Positions 19,626-28,973 of a stretch of 51,036 nucleotides of DNA are shown piece by piece. Made by a program: the position numbers and the translations under genes. Source of the stretch: Candidatus Jordarchaeia archaeon (GTDB lineage: Archaea; Asgardarchaeota; Jordiarchaeia; Jordiarchaeales; Jordiarchaeaceae); contig JAHQXB010000035.1 of NCBI GenBank assembly GCA_029856435.1, positions 1 to 51,036 on the forward strand, given 5' to 3'. The stretch's first letter is position 1, and the number at the start of each line of letters is the position of its first letter. The notes under the pieces are model-generated. The model searched no databases. It was not told where the DNA came from and was given only the letters and a program-made list of their open reading frames with translations.

Positions 19626-20054
19626 TTATCCTTCTGGCCATTGTCCCAGTTCTAGTATGAATCCGCATTTTTCTTGGGTATCTAGGTAGGCCCATTTTAC
19701 TCCGAAGATTTCTCCTCTGTCGAGGATTTTTACTCCTATTTTTTCTAGGTTTTTTAGTTCTTTTTCGATGTCTTTGCAGTGGTAGCTTACGTGGTGGAGT
19801 CCTTCTCCTTTTTGTTTGAGCCATTTAGAGTGTATTGTGTCTCCTTCTAGGGGCTGGATTAGCTCGATTTGTAGGTCTCCCTGCTGGTATATGCCAATTT
19901 TCACTTTGCCGCCTGGCACTTCTGTTTCTATTGTGGGGAATGGCCCTATTCCCAGTTTTTCGAGGAATTTTGCGGTTTTTTCCATGTCTTTTACTACTAT
20001 TCCTAGTTGGCTGATTTTGTAGTCTGTTACTCTCTCGCTTGGTGTGGGTTCCAC
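19626..20054 (-). CDS. VOC-family protein (methylmalonyl-CoA epimerase-like)
   Basis: QLGIVVKD, IELIQP, GEGLHHVSY, GFILEL. Confidence 0.8.
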   Translation of the reverse strand: MEPTPSERVTDYKISQLGIVVKDMEKTAKFLEKLGIGPFPTIETEVPGGKVKIGIYQQGDLQIELIQPLEGDTIHSKWLKQKGEGLHHVSYHCKDIEKELKNLEKIGVKILDRGEIFGVKWAYLDTQEKCGFILELGQWPEG

Positions 20055-20194
20055 TTATTATGCCTCCTTTTTTGAGTTATTGTTTAGAGTGTTTTTGTCC
20101 TTAATTTAATTTTCTATTTTAGATATTTTAAAAAATAGTGTGGGAATTAATTATTAGGTGGTTTAATCTGTCTGGAATTTTTGGGGTATTTGTT

Positions 20195-20649
20195 ATGTTG
20201 GAGGATGTTGAGGAAATTAAAAGGTTGAAGGCGAAATATTGCTATTATGTGGATGGACATTATGAGGATTCGTCATGTCTGGATTTGCTTTTGAGAGAAG
20301 TGTTTGCTGATGATGCGTTTATCGATTTTGGACCTTTTGGTAGTGCTAAGGGTCAGAAAGAGATAAGAAACTTTTATGTAAACATGGCTTTTGGGATGCT
20401 TTCTTTTAGTATGCATATGTTGCTTAACCCTTTGATAGAGATTAAAGGTGAGGATAAGGCTACGGGTAAGTGGTATTTTTTGTTCCAAGTACTATGAGGG
20501 GGAAACAATCTAGCTGGTCGGCTTGCAGGAATATACAACGATGAATATGAGAAAAGGAATGGAAGGTGGTTTATAAAATCGAGTCAAATGGTTCTTTGGC
20601 ACCCCCCTACGATAAGGTCTGGTCTAAAGAGGGCATGATTCCCAAATAG
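20195..20649 (+). pseudogene. Frameshifted SnoaL/NTF2-like (LinA/BaiE-type) protein
   Basis: EEIKRLKAKYCYYVD...MHMLLNPLIEI.GEDKATGKWY; after frameshifts near 20485 and 20520 it continues as AGIYNDEYEKRNGRWFIKS. Confidence 0.75.
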
Positions 20650-20843
20650 TAACAATCTGACTCCTTGACAGCTGGTAACGTTTGTTATTCAAAAATTGGA
20701 TATTGCAGAGGTTTTCCCCTCAGGGGAAAGTGAAAATTTTGGGACCTAGATGATTTTGCGTCAGCCATAACTATTTATGAGTTGTAAAGCAGGCTGTATT
20801 AGTCTCTCATATTTTGTTGGCAATTTGTTTTTGAGGTGGTTTT

Positions 20844-22290
20844 GTGAAGGCTAGGGTTGTTGGGGGCGTTTCTGATATTAGAGAGTCTTTGCTTCGGGTT
20901 TTTGATGCTTTTGGTGGTGTTGAGGAGTTTGTTAAGCCTAATTCTAGGGTTTTAAGTATAATGGTGTCTACTTTGGTAGGGTGATGTATACTGATCCTAG
21001 AGTTATAGTTGAGATGGTTAGTATTGCTAGGAATTTACTGTGGATAAGGTTTATGTGACGAAGAATTCTATTCAGGGCAATTTTACTCGTATGGTTGCTG
21101 AGGTCAGTGGTATTGCTAGGATAGTTGAGGAGAAGGGGGTAGGAATCTATACTTATGGGAGAAGCCGGTTATGATGGAGATAGGTGATAAGCGTATTCCT
21201 ACTAGGTTTCCTAAGATTTTGTACGATAACCTCATTCGTAGAAAGGGTAGCAATGTTCTGATTAATATTCCTAAACCTAAGACGCATTGGGAGACTACTG
21301 TTACGCTGGGAATTAAGTGTTTTCAGGGGCTTCCTTATGATTGCGATAATCTTGTAAATCATAATTATAAGTTGCGTCAGAAGCTTGTGGATACTGTAAA
21401 GTTTATTCGTCCAGATTTTACAATTATTGAGGGTATTACTGCCAAGTTTGGCCATTTTCCCCCCGAGATTTTGCTTTCGGAGTGCATGGTTCCATCGAAT
21501 ATTTTTATTGCTTCAAATGATGTGGTTGCATGGATACGGTGGGCGCAAAAATCCTAGGTTATGATGTTGAAGAAGTGAAACATATTAAGCTTGCCGCGGA
21601 GCAGGGATTAGGGATCGGTGACTTTAAAGATATTGAGATTATCGGTGATATTTCGCGTTTCAGAGAACGTTTCCCATGTACCCCATGTAGGGACTGCCCA
21701 AGTGAGGTACGCTTTGTTAAAGGGAGGGAGATGGTCTTTATGGAGAGCTGTTATGGAAACATGCTATTGGCTCCTCTCTATTTCTGGTAGATTTTAAAGG
21801 TGAGGGCGGCTTTAACATTATTGCAGGTAAGGGTTCAGTGAAAATGATCTGGACAACCTTCTACCCGGCGATAGATTCGCAAAATCTCGTGTTTTTGGGC
21901 CCTTTTTTTGGCGCTTCTTAAAACTGTTTCTCACCACTTAAGTGGGATGGAAATATTAAAAATTGAGGAAAAACACCGATAAAACCATAAATTATCAGGG
22001 AACACAACGGCAAAAAACCATAGCAAAGATCCTGCAAATCTATCGCCCGGGGACATTTTAATCGTTGGGTCTTCACAATTGAAGAGAATTTAGACCGGGT
22101 TCGTGAAAAATATCCTGACCGCAAAATCTATAATATACCCGAATGTAACGATATTGCTAAAATTACTGCGTACCTGTGTGCCATGATGAAAATTGATGTT
22201 CTTAACATGATTCCAATGGATATGAATAAATCGGTTGAAATAATACAACAGGCGTTGCAACATGGATTAGACGCAAATCTTCCCCTCTAA
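20844..22290 (+). pseudogene. DUF362-family Fe-S-associated protein, multiply frameshifted and MITE-interrupted
   Basis: Pieces in shifting frames: TDPRVI, INIPKPKTH, VTLGIK, IIEGI, ASNDVVA/DTVGAKILG, HIKLAAEQGLG. MITE-A2 is inserted; the C-terminal piece ends HGLDANLPL at 22290. Confidence 0.8.
21869..22045. mobile_element. MITE family A, copy 2 (177 bp)
   Basis: Same TIRs as copy 1; perfect 5-bp flanking duplication CCCGG (21864-21868 and 22046-22050). Confidence 0.9.
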
Positions 22291-22479
22291 AAGCTCATTC
22301 TGCTGGGTGACCCATTCCCCTATTTATGTTTTAATCTCATTCTTCCCAGTTTCTCCCTTTTTATAAAGTATGATAAATGCTTAAATATGGAAAATAGATA
22401 TGGTTAATTTAATTTGCACATATATATAGAATTAGTTTTATACCCCTCTGAGATAAAGCTAGTTGAGGGTTGAGTTGGT

Positions 22480-23706
22480 ATGACAAAAATTTTTTTCACC
22501 AAAGAAGAATTACGTTTCAGAGAAGAAGTTCGGGAATTTGCAAGAAGAGTGATAGCTCCCTACGCCGACGATGTTGAAAAAGGAATGTATCCTGGTCCGC
22601 TTCTGAAGAAAATTGCTGAGGCGGGGTATATGAGGCAGCTACATCCAATTGAGTACGGTGGAACTAACAAGGGCTTGGTGTACGAGATGATTGTCGCTGA
22701 GGAGATTGCTGCAGTTAGTGCGCCCACAGATATGTCGCGTACCGCTTCATCCACACTATGTGCGATTCCCATATCTCGATTCGGTACAGACGAACAGAAA
22801 AGAAAGTACCTGACACCCATAATAAGGGGAGAAATGATTGGGGCAATAGGCATTACAGAGCCAGATGTGGGGTCTGATACTGCTGGCATGAAAACTCGAG
22901 CAATAAGAGAAGGAGATGAGTATGTCATCAATGGTGAGAAGAGATTTATAACTAATGGGGCTGATGCGGACATCATTACTCTATTTGCTATTTCGAATCC
23001 AGAAGTGCCAGCGAAGCGGGGCGCTAGTGCTTTTATTTTTCCAACAGACACAGAAGGATTTAAGGTTGAGAAGGTTTACAACCTCCTGGGTATGCACGGT
23101 ATGCGCATTGCACATTTGAAGTTTGAGAATTGCCGCATACCCGCGGAAAATCTTCTTGGTAAGGAAGGTATGGGCTTCAATATCCTTATGGACGAATTAG
23201 ACACCGAGAGGATTTCTATTGCAGCAGAGATGATTGGAATTGCCCGGGCAGCCTTTGAGATAGCCGTAAAATACTCCACAGAGCGTGTGCAGTTCAATAG
23301 GCCAATTAACTGGTTTGAGGGGGTAAGCTTTAAGATTGCTGACATGGCCACCCAGCTAGATGCGGCGGAGCTTTTAACTCTACGTGCAGCCCGGATGGTA
23401 AATCGTGGTGAAAATGCCAGCAAAGAATCAGCTATGGCTAAGGTGTTTGCGGTAGACCACGCATTTGAAATTTGTAATCAGGCACTGCAGATATTGGGTG
23501 GTATAGGTTACACTACAGAATATCCCGTTGAGCGCTATTTGAGAGATGTTAGGATTGGTATGATTGGCGGCGGGACGTCGGAAATAATGAGGTTTCTGAT
23601 TCAGAGAGAAGTCTATAGGGAATTTGAGCAAAAGGCAGGAAAGGAGAAGCAAGCTATACCCGTTGAAGTTTCAAGCACTTCTGGCAGAGAGAGTCCTAAG
23701 GATTAA
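22480..23706 (+). CDS. Acyl-CoA dehydrogenase
   Basis: GAIGITEPDVGSD, INGEKRFITNG, ERVQFNRPI, ALQILGGIGY, GGTSEI. A Gly occupies the position before the GG where SCAD-type enzymes carry the catalytic Glu; E in DTERI may be the LCAD/IVD-type base. Confidence 0.93.
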   Translation: MTKIFFTKEELRFREEVREFARRVIAPYADDVEKGMYPGPLLKKIAEAGYMRQLHPIEYGGTNKGLVYEMIVAEEIAAVSAPTDMSRTASSTLCAIPISRFGTDEQKRKYLTPIIRGEMIGAIGITEPDVGSDTAGMKTRAIREGDEYVINGEKRFITNGADADIITLFAISNPEVPAKRGASAFIFPTDTEGFKVEKVYNLLGMHGMRIAHLKFENCRIPAENLLGKEGMGFNILMDELDTERISIAAEMIGIARAAFEIAVKYSTERVQFNRPINWFEGVSFKIADMATQLDAAELLTLRAARMVNRGENASKESAMAKVFAVDHAFEICNQALQILGGIGYTTEYPVERYLRDVRIGMIGGGTSEIMRFLIQREVYREFEQKAGKEKQAIPVEVSSTSGRESPKD

Positions 23707-24115
23707 TCCTCTAGTTAAACTTTTTTGGCTCCATTCTTGACAATATCCTAGGAGGATTTCTTGTCTACTACGGTACTGGGAGTGGCTTCCACACCACTTT
23801 TCATATATGGAAAGGAGGAATCAAGAAATAGTAACAAGCTTAACACTGGCAAATGGCTCTTTTTTGATTGGCGTTTCTTAGATGTCCGTTTTTAACAGGA
23901 TTTTAACAGTGATATTTTTTACTGGGGTACGTACAAACTTTTAATAAAACATTTAAATTATGGGGGATGACTGAGTAAGCGATATAATTTATGTTTCGCC
24001 TGCGTGAAAAGATATTAGAATTAGGTTTTGAGTAGTGTTTCGAAGTCGATTTGTATAGTTTGGAAAAATGGGTACCCTGAAAGCTGATTTAATGTTCTGC
24101 TGGAGTTGAACATTT

Positions 24116-24625
24116 ATGGTTTTGCGAGAAAGCTTGAATAAATTGACCCCGGATAAGGAGATTGAGTTTCTTCGAGGAGCCTATTTTGGTATAGATGGAG
24201 TTTGGTTTCTGGTATGTGAAGACGAATACGATTTTGATAAGGCTCTATATTTAGATGGTGAGGTTTGGAAACGCTTCGCTAAAATCTTGGCGAAGAGGGT
24301 GAAGAGATTATTTGATGTTGAGGGCGACGATGCGGAAACTGTGGCTAACACCCTTGCTTTACGCTGGACTATGGAAAAATGGGAATTCGAGGTTTTAGAG
24401 TATAGTGCAAAGAGGAGTGTACTACGGGTTACAAGTTGTCCTTGGCTTGAGGGGTTAAAAAAGTCCGATAGGGAAAAATTTATACCTAAAATATGCGACC
24501 CAATTTGCGAGATTGTTTATCACAGCTGGGCAGAAGCCATTAACCCAAAAATCGAGGTAGAGAAACCGAAAACGAGGGGAAAAGGAGACACACATTGCGA
24601 TTTCATATTTACCCTAAAAGAATAG
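24116..24625 (+). CDS. DUF6125 / ATC-hydrolase (V4R-like) family protein
   Basis: YFGIDGVWF, VTSCPW, C..IC, GDTHCDFIF. Confidence 0.7.
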   Translation: MVLRESLNKLTPDKEIEFLRGAYFGIDGVWFLVCEDEYDFDKALYLDGEVWKRFAKILAKRVKRLFDVEGDDAETVANTLALRWTMEKWEFEVLEYSAKRSVLRVTSCPWLEGLKKSDREKFIPKICDPICEIVYHSWAEAINPKIEVEKPKTRGKGDTHCDFIFTLKE

Positions 24626-24701
24626 TTTCAAGTTAGGGCAAAAGTAGGGTAAAGAAGAAATTGATATGGTATGCTACACCTTTCTTATGGTGGTGATGTA
24701 G

Positions 24702-25112
24702 ATGTCGCTTGGCGACAAGATAAGAAATTTTCTGGGTGATGATCCTAAGAAGCTTGTTGATGAAATACTCAAGGGTATGAAAGAAGAGTATGGTGACATT
24801 CCCTTTATAGCAAAATCTATGAGTAGTCAGAGACCAGAAGCATTTATTTTCAATGCCCTACAAACCCTATTTATATTGAAAAGGCCTAAAGCAGTTCCCC
24901 AAAAAACAGCGGAGCTCTTAGCCATCTCAGCAGCTACCGCCATTGGATGCGAACACTGTATAGATTTTCATATAAGGGCCGCAATGCGCCTGGGTGTGTC
25001 CAAGGATGAAATATTTGACGCCATAATGGTTGCCAGTCTAATATCTCAGACATCAAAATTAGCCGTAGGCCTAAGAAAACTGGAAAGGTCTTCCCTATCA
25101 GATTCCCACTAG
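24702..25112 (+). CDS. Carboxymuconolactone decarboxylase/AhpD-like protein
   Basis: KTAELLAISAATAIGCEHCIDFHIRAA..LG. Confidence 0.85.
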   Translation: MSLGDKIRNFLGDDPKKLVDEILKGMKEEYGDIPFIAKSMSSQRPEAFIFNALQTLFILKRPKAVPQKTAELLAISAATAIGCEHCIDFHIRAAMRLGVSKDEIFDAIMVASLISQTSKLAVGLRKLERSSLSDSH

Positions 25113-26233
25113 TGTTCCTTCTGGGAGGTTTCTCCAGCGAATAATTCAGCTATATCCATTATCTTAATTTTGCTCTGGAACTTCAATAAATTTTGTAGGC
25201 ACGACGGACAGGATGTGACTATAGCATAAACTCCCAACTTTTCCGCCTCATCTATTTTGAGTCTCGCCGCATTCCGAGCAGTTTCTTGGTCGTAGGCTCT
25301 CAATAAGCCTCCCCCCCCACAACATATCACTTCGTCTTTGCATTGGTTGTATTCCTCAAGCTTCAATCCTGGAATACTTTTAAGCGCTCTTCGTGGCTCT
25401 TCTATTATCCCACATCCCCGGGCTAGTTCACAAGGATCTTGGTAAACTACACGTAGGTCACCCACAGATTCTGGTTTAATTTTTCCCCCCTCCACGAGTC
25501 TAGATATGAACTGGGTTATGTGTTCCACTTTGAAGGGAACCTCAGTGATTTTGGGGTAAACATCTCTCCACATTCTAAAACAGGCAGGGCATGAGGTTAC
25601 CAGCGTCTTTATTTTGAGATCCTTGAAGGCCTTCACGTTTTCTTCTATGATTTTTTTCGCTTGTCCCAGTCTTCCCGCCATAAGTAGGGGAGCCGCACAG
25701 CAGTTCTCATCGGGGCCTAGAATTGTGAAGTCTACATTTGCCTTTCGGAACACTTTTATGGCCGCCAAAGGTATTTTTGCAGCGGAGGGGCTATATGCAG
25801 AGTTGCAGCCAACAAAATACCCCACCTCAGCTGGGACCTTCACCCGGTCTTCCACCGGCTCGTCTGATTCGTAAGTCCACATCAACCAGTCTTCCCTATC
25901 TGCTCCATGGACATTTCCACTATCCTGAATATTATCTACTATCTGTTTTACATTTGTGGGAAGCTCTTCCTCCCCTAATTGACTTCTAAGGTACTCAACG
26001 ACTAGGGGAACTGGGACACCTCTAGGACAGACCTTCACACAAGCCATACATAGGGTGCAGTTAAAGGAGTTTTTGGCAGAATGTTTCTCTCTCTCCAGGG
26101 TTCTGAAGCCCTCGGAAGCAAAATATCTAGAATTTACTGGTGAACTTGCTCTGGCCACAGGGCAAAAAGCGATACAGGTGCCGCATCTTATACACTTATC
26201 TGTTTTTTTGAGAAGTTCGGCTTTCTCACCCAA
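25109..26233 (-). CDS. glpC: Anaerobic glycerol-3-phosphate dehydrogenase subunit C-like Fe-S/CCG protein
   Basis: Two 4Fe-4S motifs (CIRCGTCIAFCP, CTLCMACVKVCP), CCG domains (NCC, ICCGGGG, TSCPSC); last gene of the glpKAB run. Confidence 0.8.
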   Translation of the reverse strand: MGEKAELLKKTDKCIRCGTCIAFCPVARASSPVNSRYFASEGFRTLEREKHSAKNSFNCTLCMACVKVCPRGVPVPLVVEYLRSQLGEEELPTNVKQIVDNIQDSGNVHGADREDWLMWTYESDEPVEDRVKVPAEVGYFVGCNSAYSPSAAKIPLAAIKVFRKANVDFTILGPDENCCAAPLLMAGRLGQAKKIIEENVKAFKDLKIKTLVTSCPACFRMWRDVYPKITEVPFKVEHITQFISRLVEGGKIKPESVGDLRVVYQDPCELARGCGIIEEPRRALKSIPGLKLEEYNQCKDEVICCGGGGLLRAYDQETARNAARLKIDEAEKLGVYAIVTSCPSCLQNLLKFQSKIKIMDIAELFAGETSQKEH

Positions 26234-26234
26234 T

Positions 26235-27395
26235 TTAATACCCCCTCAAATATTTTATTACTTCAACTGCTGATGAGTATCCTGTACATAGGGATGTTCC
26301 CAATCCTATCATGTAATTTTCTGAAATGCCTGAACAAGCAGCAAAAATATTCTTAAAGCTCTTCCCGTTAAAGATAAGTCTCATCTTCTTATCCGTTTCG
26401 AAATACCGCTCCATCTGGAGATTTAGGGATGCTTGAAAACCATTTTTCCCCCTTATGTTGATTGTGTCTCTCATTAATTGTCCAGTAGCTATTATGACCG
26501 CCTTGGACAGTATTTCCTGTTTACCACCATTTTCTACGATTTTGATTTTGCAGCCTTGTCCTGTGTCCCTTATCTCGGTCGACTGCCACCCCAATTTAAT
26601 TTCAACCCCATTCTCTATGCATGGCCTTTCTAGTAGCTGTTGTAGTCTTAGTCCGGGAACGGATGGTGGAAAGGACATAATTTCAAAAACCTTAGCCCCC
26701 AAACTTTCTTCAAACTCATGTATGATCTCCTCTGTTCGACGCAAACCTAGAACTGGGGGGAACGCCAAATAATCGTAGCTTCCCAAATTATGCTCATCCA
26801 GACTTTTGATTATACCCTCACTGTTAGATTCCAGCAGGAGCGACAGCGGCACTGGTTGAGTTTCGCTCCTATCCAGTTTTACATAGTCTGCGTCCACTCC
26901 CCAAATTTCTCTTAGTGAACGAGCGATTAAAACTGGGGTGTGGTTTATCAGGTTGCGGAAACCAACCACCAAAACCTTGGAGCCTTCAAGGTTCTCTCTT
27001 GTTCCTCTCATTATGCTGGACTGAGCCAATAGAGTGGGTTTAAACAGTCCTAAGGGAGTTAAAAGAGTTTCATTTGTTTCCAAATTTCCCTCATACCTAG
27101 TAAAAGAATCATACTTCTCTCTAAACTCTCGAAAAGCCTCCAAAATCCTTTCTACGCCGACTATAGCGTAGGGGTGGCTGGGATTCCTACTAACAAAATC
27201 CCCCAGCACTTCCAAGGGTTTTTTGACATTCCTATCGTTAAAGTATCCCAGAAAATCTATGGTCCCTGACGAAAGCACTGTGCTGCCTAGACCGGATGCA
27301 ACCACCATAGTGGAGAGCTTCGCCTCGCTGGTTTTTCTGGCAGCCACCAGACCTGCCATACCACCGCCAATCACAGCTACATCAACTTCATGCAT
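26235..27395 (-). CDS. glpB: Anaerobic glycerol-3-phosphate dehydrogenase subunit B
   Basis: IGGGMAG, SSGTIDFLG, PPVLG, PPSVPGLRL. Confidence 0.85.
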   Translation of the reverse strand: MHEVDVAVIGGGMAGLVAARKTSEAKLSTMVVASGLGSTVLSSGTIDFLGYFNDRNVKKPLEVLGDFVSRNPSHPYAIVGVERILEAFREFREKYDSFTRYEGNLETNETLLTPLGLFKPTLLAQSSIMRGTRENLEGSKVLVVGFRNLINHTPVLIARSLREIWGVDADYVKLDRSETQPVPLSLLLESNSEGIIKSLDEHNLGSYDYLAFPPVLGLRRTEEIIHEFEESLGAKVFEIMSFPPSVPGLRLQQLLERPCIENGVEIKLGWQSTEIRDTGQGCKIKIVENGGKQEILSKAVIIATGQLMRDTINIRGKNGFQASLNLQMERYFETDKKMRLIFNGKSFKNIFAACSGISENYMIGLGTSLCTGYSSAVEVIKYLRGY

Positions 27396-28965
27396 CCTCT
27401 TTCCCTCGGTGTCTTATGTTTCCCACCATCTCAAACATGACTTTGGCGAACATGAGTTGCCTAAGTTGGTCTCCCTTGAGTATGTGAACAATCTTCCACT
27501 GTTCATCTAGGAACTCAGCTAGTGAATTCAAAGCTTGTGGCGCCGAAAATTTGAGGTCTTCAACCATGATTTCTGCGGCGCGATGCACGCAGAATTGACC
27601 TTGGCAAGTTCCCATACCTAATCTGGTGCGCCTTTTGATGTCTCTCAGGTTCTTGGCCAATAATGCTTCAAAACTGTGAACTATCTCTGCTCTGGAAACT
27701 AGACTACACTCACATATTAAGCCAGGTTTCTGGGGCATTGTCGATGACATTGTACCATACTTATTGATAATCTCTTTAGCGGTTAGGGAGTTAACTTGAA
27801 AACGCCTTTGAATCTCCTCAATTGATGGTGGCGTTCCCTCACTTCCAAGAATTGGCTCCTCCGCGGTTCTACACTTTGCTCTAACTCCCAGCTTTTCACA
27901 AACTAGGTCCGCTGTCTTTTCCGCCATAAGCCTATAAGTGGTGAGTTTGCCTCCCGTAATGGTTACAAACCCTTCCACTCCTTCTTCCTCATGGTCAACT
28001 AATAACATTCCACGTGTGGCTGTGCGTCCCGAACCCGCCCCAAAAAGAGGGCGGACTCCTGAGAAGGCTCTTATGACCCGAGATTCTGCAACAATGGGGA
28101 TCATCTCCTCCCCCTCCTTCATGATTTTTTCAACCTCCTCATTTTCTGGAAGAATACTATCCGGGTTTTCTACGAAGGTTGAGGTAGTTCCTAAAATCAT
28201 TGTAGAATAGTGGGGTACGATTATGTCTCCATCTGAGGGGTAACGGAGATGATTAATCACATGGTTTATTACTCGATTATTGAGAACTACTAGAGTACCC
28301 TTGTTAGGTCTAATATTCAACTTGATTCCCACTTGCCCCGCAACAATACCTGCCCAGGCTCCAGTAGCGTTAACCACAATTTCAGAAAAATACTTTTTAC
28401 TCTTCCCGTTTCTCAACACTTCAACACCTGTAACTGCTCCATCGCTTAATATGGGTCTGGCGCTGGTGTAGTTTAGAGCTTCTGCTCCATTCTGCAGTGC
28501 AGACAACACGTTGGAGACGACAAGTAAGAAGGGATCTATGGAGCCATCATTAACCCAAACTGCAGCTTTAATATTTTTGGTCAAAAAGGGCTCCTTCTCT
28601 AAGGCTTCTTCAACTGTTATTTCTCTATGCTCAACTTTGGTTTTGCTGCAACCCTTAAGGAAAGACTCTAAATATTCCAAGTCCTCATTTCTGGTTGCTA
28701 CAAATAGTCCCCCAGTATCCTCTACGGTATGCTTGGCTATCCTTCTAAGAATAATATTTTCCATGGCGCATTCTTGCGCTGACTCAGGGTCACTGATTAC
28801 GTAGCGTGCCCCACTATGCAAAAGTCCATGATTTTTACCTGAAGCTTCCGAGGCGAAGTCTCCCCTATCAACAAGTAGGGTGCGCACTCCCCTGAGCGAT
28901 AGATCTCTTAGGACACCACTTCCTACTACTCCTCCGCCTATAACAATTACATCAAATTTTGACAT
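27388..28965 (-). CDS. glpA: Anaerobic glycerol-3-phosphate dehydrogenase subunit A
   Basis: SGKNHGLLHSGARY, VNATGAWA, FSGVRPL, ITGGKLTTYRLMAE; C-terminal BFD-like CEC...GMGTCQGQFC. Confidence 0.92.
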   Translation of the reverse strand: MSKFDVIVIGGGVVGSGVLRDLSLRGVRTLLVDRGDFASEASGKNHGLLHSGARYVISDPESAQECAMENIILRRIAKHTVEDTGGLFVATRNEDLEYLESFLKGCSKTKVEHREITVEEALEKEPFLTKNIKAAVWVNDGSIDPFLLVVSNVLSALQNGAEALNYTSARPILSDGAVTGVEVLRNGKSKKYFSEIVVNATGAWAGIVAGQVGIKLNIRPNKGTLVVLNNRVINHVINHLRYPSDGDIIVPHYSTMILGTTSTFVENPDSILPENEEVEKIMKEGEEMIPIVAESRVIRAFSGVRPLFGAGSGRTATRGMLLVDHEEEGVEGFVTITGGKLTTYRLMAEKTADLVCEKLGVRAKCRTAEEPILGSEGTPPSIEEIQRRFQVNSLTAKEIINKYGTMSSTMPQKPGLICECSLVSRAEIVHSFEALLAKNLRDIKRRTRLGMGTCQGQFCVHRAAEIMVEDLKFSAPQALNSLAEFLDEQWKIVHILKGDQLRQLMFAKVMFEMVGNIRHRGKEDA

Positions 28966-28973
28966 AGTGATCT

